From positions 1 to 20,395 of the forward strand of contig JBEBGD010000099.1 in NCBI GenBank assembly GCA_040081625.1: 20,395 nucleotides of DNA. The letters are read 5' to 3'. The DNA is from Chthoniobacteraceae bacterium. GTDB taxonomy: Bacteria; Verrucomicrobiota; Verrucomicrobiia; Chthoniobacterales; Chthoniobacteraceae. Every line of letters begins with the position of its first letter. Position 1 is the first letter of the stretch. The translations under genes were made by a program, and so were the position numbers. Positions 17,171 through 20,395 of this stretch are shown here, in pieces. The notes below the pieces were generated by a model. It made no database searches. It saw nothing but the letters and a program-made list of their open reading frames with translations, and was not told the origin of the DNA.

Positions 17171-17380
17171 ATGAACACCCAACTGCAATCAACAGCATCG
17201 AACCCGGGCCTCGTGCGGGCTGAGGACTTGGCGAAGCGTTACGACGTTCACCCGCGCACGATCTGGGCGTGGAAAGATGCGGGACGGCTCCCGTTCTATC
17301 GGTTCGGCAGGAAGTGCGTGCGGTTCGATCCTGCCGCGTGCGACAAGGCATTGGAGCGCTTTCACGTGGCCTTCGTCTGA
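17171..17380 (+). CDS. xis: Excisionase-like helix-turn-helix DNA-binding protein
   Basis: 69 aa; AEDLAKRYDVHPRTIWAWKDAGRLPFYRFGRKCVRFD fits HTH_17/AlpA-type pattern; adjacent to integrase. Confidence 0.85.
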   Translation: MNTQLQSTASNPGLVRAEDLAKRYDVHPRTIWAWKDAGRLPFYRFGRKCVRFDPAACDKALERFHVAFV

Positions 17381-17389
17381 GCGGATGGG

Positions 17390-18622
17390 TCACGAAGTCT
17401 GTTGCGGCGCAAGTGCGAAGTATTGCTCGGCCTCCTGACGCATCACCAACTCCCGGTAATTCGAGAAGATCACCTGTGGGCTGTTGCCGGCTTCCAAGGC
17501 GACCTGCGCCACGTTTTGTGTGAACGCGACGCGGTAGGAAATGTAGGAGTGGCGCAGCACATTCTGATGCCACTCAATGCCGAGGGCTTCGGCCCGGCGT
17601 TGGACGCGTCGTTGCTCCCGCGCAAAGCGAATGATTCGCCCCTGGCAGCCGCGATAAGGCTCCAGCCAGCGCGAAAGATTCGGCAGCAGCGGCGCAAGAC
17701 GACGCGTAGCGGTCTTCGACTTCTCTTTGCCAATGATGATGCAGTCCTGAGTCCATCGAATGTCTTCCCAATCGAGTCGAAGAACTTCGGCGTGACGCAA
17801 GCCGGCGAAGGCGGACAACGCGATGAACGGCAGATTGTCGGCATCGGCGTGACGCAGGATCTTCTCGATCTGCTCGGGTGTGAAGATGTGGATGTCGCCG
17901 CTGCGCACGAGTGCTCGTGGAACGAATTCAGCCTCCGTCTGTCGGTCTCGCGGCAGGTAGGCGCGTTTCTTGGCGTAGTTGAAGAGCGAAATGACCATCG
18001 CGCGGATATTGTTGCGTGACCGGGTGCCTACCCGCATCGACCGAAGCCAAGTCTCGATGGCGGCAGTGGTGACGTCACCGATCGGCATACCGAACGCCTT
18101 TCCGAGACGTTCGAGTTCATTTTTCAGCACGCGCCAATAGCGCGCGGAAACTCCGTCCTGCGCCTTCGCGGAAATGAATTCCTCAACCACTTCCGAGACG
18201 CTTTTCGCTGCTGTCGTGGCGCTGTGGCGCTTCACGAAAAACTCGACGACCTGCAACAGTGTGACCTCGCTCGGCAACCGCTGACGGACGTTTGCGTAGT
18301 CCTCCGCCGCGACATGCAGCGGAATCCCAAGCGGGCGAAGGTGAGACTGGGCGAGAACGAACGCGTCCCGATCGGCCGCGCTGAGTTGCAACGCGCGGTG
18401 GTCGCCAGCGGCGAGGCGCGCGGCAATGAGGCCTGCTTCCTCCTTGGCTTCGCGTTCGTTGCAAAACGAACGTCGGCAGCGACGCCCGCCTTCGTAGTAG
18501 TTGATGCACACCCGGCCGTCGCCGAGTCGATACGCCGGCACCTCGACCGACCCGCATTTGGCGATCACCCAGCGGGTGCATTTGCGGCGTTTTTTGAATG
18601 ATGAGACAGAACGTGAACTCAT
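17390..18622 (-). CDS. int: Tyrosine recombinase / phage integrase
   Basis: AFAGLRHAE (R), KSKT (K), NVLRHS (R), AGNS, C-terminal Y in FSNY; next to tRNA fragment. Confidence 0.95.
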   Translation of the reverse strand: MSSRSVSSFKKRRKCTRWVIAKCGSVEVPAYRLGDGRVCINYYEGGRRCRRSFCNEREAKEEAGLIAARLAAGDHRALQLSAADRDAFVLAQSHLRPLGIPLHVAAEDYANVRQRLPSEVTLLQVVEFFVKRHSATTAAKSVSEVVEEFISAKAQDGVSARYWRVLKNELERLGKAFGMPIGDVTTAAIETWLRSMRVGTRSRNNIRAMVISLFNYAKKRAYLPRDRQTEAEFVPRALVRSGDIHIFTPEQIEKILRHADADNLPFIALSAFAGLRHAEVLRLDWEDIRWTQDCIIIGKEKSKTATRRLAPLLPNLSRWLEPYRGCQGRIIRFAREQRRVQRRAEALGIEWHQNVLRHSYISYRVAFTQNVAQVALEAGNSPQVIFSNYRELVMRQEAEQYFALAPQQTS

Positions 18623-18629
18623 GGCCTTT

Positions 18630-18648
18630 TGTCACGTTTCTGTCACGT
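18630..18648. repeat. Direct repeat TGTCACGT x2, candidate integrase arm-type sites
   Basis: Copies at 18630 and 18641, 11-bp period. Confidence 0.6.
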
Positions 18649-18682
18649 CAACCGGCCACCGCCCCGCGAAGGGCTTAAATAA

Positions 18683-18706
18683 TGGTCGGGGCGACAGGAT
18701 TCGAAC
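18683..18706 (-). other. att core: 3' 24 nt of a tRNA-Pro
   Basis: Minus strand reads GTTCGAATCCTGTCGCCCCGACCA (T-loop, T-stem 3' arm, acceptor CGCCCCG, A73, CCA); no upstream tRNA body. Confidence 0.85.
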
Positions 18707-18747
18707 AGGAGGTTCGTATCCTTAGTGTGAATGGTTTACGTTTCGTG

Positions 18748-18766
18748 CGTCACGTCCGCGTCACGC
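18748..18766. repeat. Direct repeat CGTCACGY x2, candidate integrase arm-type sites
   Basis: Copies at 18748 and 18759, 11-bp period, same core as 18630/18641. Confidence 0.55.
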
Positions 18767-19375
18767 GCGATGCACGGCGGGCAGGCCGGTGAAGCCGCAC
18801 GCCGTGCGCAGCTCTGACATCGGGAAGGCCGGGCCGGGATCGTTCTTGCGCGACGGGGCGATGCAGTCATGGCCGGTGATGTCGTCGAGCTTGTAGCGCG
18901 TGACAAGGGCGAGCGCGACGCGGGTGCAGGCGGCGAGTTGCTCGGCGGGATAGGCTTCCCAGCGTTCGATCTCTCCCGGGCTGTTGCGATGCCCTGCCGA
19001 CACGAGTGGGAGCCTCGTCCATCGCGAAGCGAGGGCGGGATCGTTCCCCGCATTCGCCAGTTCGATGCCGATGCCGATGCCGTTGACGCCGACGTAGAGC
19101 TTGCCGCCGTCGTTCGGATCGCGCCAGCGGCTCACTCCGGCATGGCCGCAGGTGCGGTTGAACGGCCGGCATTGGTAGATCGTCCCATCGCGGTCGATGA
19201 CGATGTGCGCGCTGGCGCCTTTCGCGGCGGGCGTGCGCCAGAAGGCGATCGAGCTTTTCGCGGTCGCGCCGCTGGTGAAGTGAATGACGAGGACTCGGCG
19301 TCTCGGCATCGCGCTGCCTCCAGGGATGACATCGCGACGGATGCCTTCGAGCCAGTGTTCGGGATTGATTTTCAT
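18761..19375 (-). CDS. N-acetylmuramoyl-L-alanine amidase (Amidase_2), probable endolysin
   Basis: LVIHFT, SAHIVIDRDGTIYQ, HAG, IGIELAN, GHDCIAPSRKNDPG zinc-amidase motifs. Confidence 0.95.
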   Translation of the reverse strand: MKINPEHWLEGIRRDVIPGGSAMPRRRVLVIHFTSGATAKSSIAFWRTPAAKGASAHIVIDRDGTIYQCRPFNRTCGHAGVSRWRDPNDGGKLYVGVNGIGIGIELANAGNDPALASRWTRLPLVSAGHRNSPGEIERWEAYPAEQLAACTRVALALVTRYKLDDITGHDCIAPSRKNDPGPAFPMSELRTACGFTGLPAVHRA

Positions 19376-19650
19376 GGCGTGGTGACTTCGTGGATGCCGT
19401 GCTCATCGACGCTGAGCACGCGGGAGCGGCCGTCGGCATCGACGACGGTGAAGGTGTGCGGGTCGCAGCATTGCGCGGCGCCTTCGAGCGGCTTGATCTC
19501 CTTCGCGTCGCGCGGATGGAGCGTGAGCCCGACCCTGACCGTGCGGCCCTGTGCGTCGGCGGCCTCGAGCGAATAGCTGCGGTCCATTCGCGCGAGGTGG
19601 CAGCCGGAGAAGGCGAGGGCGAAGGCGAGGGAGAGGGCGTGGATTTTCAT
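19372..19650 (-). CDS. Small lipoprotein (spanin-like position)
   Basis: MKIHALSLAFALAFSG-C lipobox; 92 aa; ATGA coupling on both sides. Confidence 0.7.
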   Translation of the reverse strand: MKIHALSLAFALAFSGCHLARMDRSYSLEAADAQGRTVRVGLTLHPRDAKEIKPLEGAAQCCDPHTFTVVDADGRSRVLSVDEHGIHEVTTP

Positions 19651-20120
19651 CGGTCGGTCAGGGAGCCTTCGTGGCGGAGGAGCGGGCTGCGGTGGAGAAG
19701 GGCGGGGCTGACTTCCCAGGACTCGGTGCGGGCGAGCAGGTCGAGGCCGGCGTTGCGGAAGGCGGCGAAGGCGAACTCGGAGCAGAACCAGGCGCGGTTG
19801 CTGCGTCCGCGATGGCGCGTGAGGAAGCGCGACACGCCGAGGTAGTCGTAGGGGCAGCCGAGTTCGGCTTCGCAAAACCAGCGGGCCTTTTCCTCGCAGA
19901 GTCCATAGGCGGTGCGGAAGATGTCGATGCGAAGTCGCGGCTCGCGGATGCAGGCGGCGCGCAGCTCGGCGAGATGGGTGCGCACTACGCCCTTGAATTC
20001 GCGACTCTCGAACACGGTGCCATCGGCGAAGAGGATGCTCGCGTGGTTGCAGGCGCCTGCCGTCTGCCACTTGATGAGCCGCGAGATGACGCCGGGGCCG
20101 TTGTGCAGGAGCAGTTTCAC
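19647..20120 (-). CDS. Permuted papain-like NlpC/P60 amidase (YiiX/YebB-like)
   Basis: ISRLIKWQT...NHASI...ES...GV, G.PYDY, WFCSE with His before Cys; GTG start overlapping upstream stop. Confidence 0.85.
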   Translation of the reverse strand: MKLLLHNGPGVISRLIKWQTAGACNHASILFADGTVFESREFKGVVRTHLAELRAACIREPRLRIDIFRTAYGLCEEKARWFCEAELGCPYDYLGVSRFLTRHRGRSNRAWFCSEFAFAAFRNAGLDLLARTESWEVSPALLHRSPLLRHEGSLTDR

Positions 20121-20395
20121 GGCGAGCGCTCGTGTTTCTGAATCCGCTCGAGAGTGGTGACTACCTTGTCGAGCGTCGTGCTCGCCCGCTCGAGGGTCGC
20201 GCTGGATTTCGCGTGATCGTCCTTGAGGTAGCCGATGAGTTCCTTGGTCACCTCCGCGTGGGCGACCCGCTGCAAGGCGAGCTGCGCGATGAGCCACTTG
20301 AAGACGATCGTGCCCGAGCAGATGAGCAGGATGGAGACGGCGGCAAACCACCACTTGAAATCGTGCATCGCGGCTTCGTCGATGAGCTTGCCGAC
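20117..20395 (-). CDS. Holin-like membrane protein (probably 5' truncated by window edge)
   Basis: Frame open to window end; TM segment; 21/49 ungapped identities with 16708..17085 by manual alignment. Confidence 0.65.
   Translation of the reverse strand, partial: VGKLIDEAAMHDFKWWFAAVSILLICSGTIVFKWLIAQLALQRVAHAEVTKELIGYLKDDHAKSSATLERASTTLDKVVTTLERIQKHERSP

Larger units (their letters stand above)
1..18706. mobile_element. Prophage (left element): tail module, holin-like gene, excisionase, integrase and att site; continues beyond the left edge
   Basis: Translationally coupled tail genes (ATGA/GTGA/TAATG overlaps), frameshifted chaperone upstream of a tape measure protein, xis and tyrosine integrase next to a tRNA 3' fragment. 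Confidence 0.9.
18683..20395 (-). mobile_element. Phage lysis module right of att (second tandem prophage or other end of the same element)
   Basis: Four coupled - strand lysis-type genes ending ~55 bp from att core. Confidence 0.7.

Noticed and set aside
17402..18019. 205-aa + strand ORF
   Set aside because: Antisense shadow of the integrase
18683..18760. Complete tRNA gene
   Set aside because: Similarity stops at the T-loop; no anticodon arm, D-arm or 5' acceptor strand
1..20395. CRISPR array, rRNA, IS transposase or clear Rho-independent terminator
   Set aside because: No regularly spaced repeats, rRNA or transposase motifs; no hairpin followed by a U-tract at gene ends

Overview
GC-rich prophage region, with a protein style suggestive of a Verrucomicrobia/PVC host (inference). 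Bases 1-17085 hold a tightly coupled + strand tail operon: a tail assembly chaperone with a canonical -1 frameshift, tape measure, minor tail, baseplate and Ig-domain proteins, a two-domain glycosyltransferase, a fibre-like protein and a holin-like gene. Two accessory inserts interrupt it: a PD-(D/E)XK nuclease, and an antisense two-gene cassette next to a REP-like hairpin. An excisionase, a tyrosine integrase and a 24-bp tRNA-Pro 3' fragment (att core) flanked on both sides by paired GTCACG repeats follow. Beyond the att site a - strand lysis cassette (holin-like, permuted papain-like amidase, lipoprotein, Amidase_2) converges on it, and its holin-like gene is homologous to the one on the left. 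Three observations stand out. (1) Two tail-operon proteins begin with a paralogous ~80-aa domain matching the DUF2829/Tad2/AcrIIA7 anti-defence pattern, fused to low-complexity or Ig-like modules. (2) A TTGAC(A/G) motif sits 12-14 nt before a possible start codon in all four larger + strand intergenic gaps. (3) The att junction has phage genes on both sides. Family assignments come from motif recognition by eye; no searches were run.
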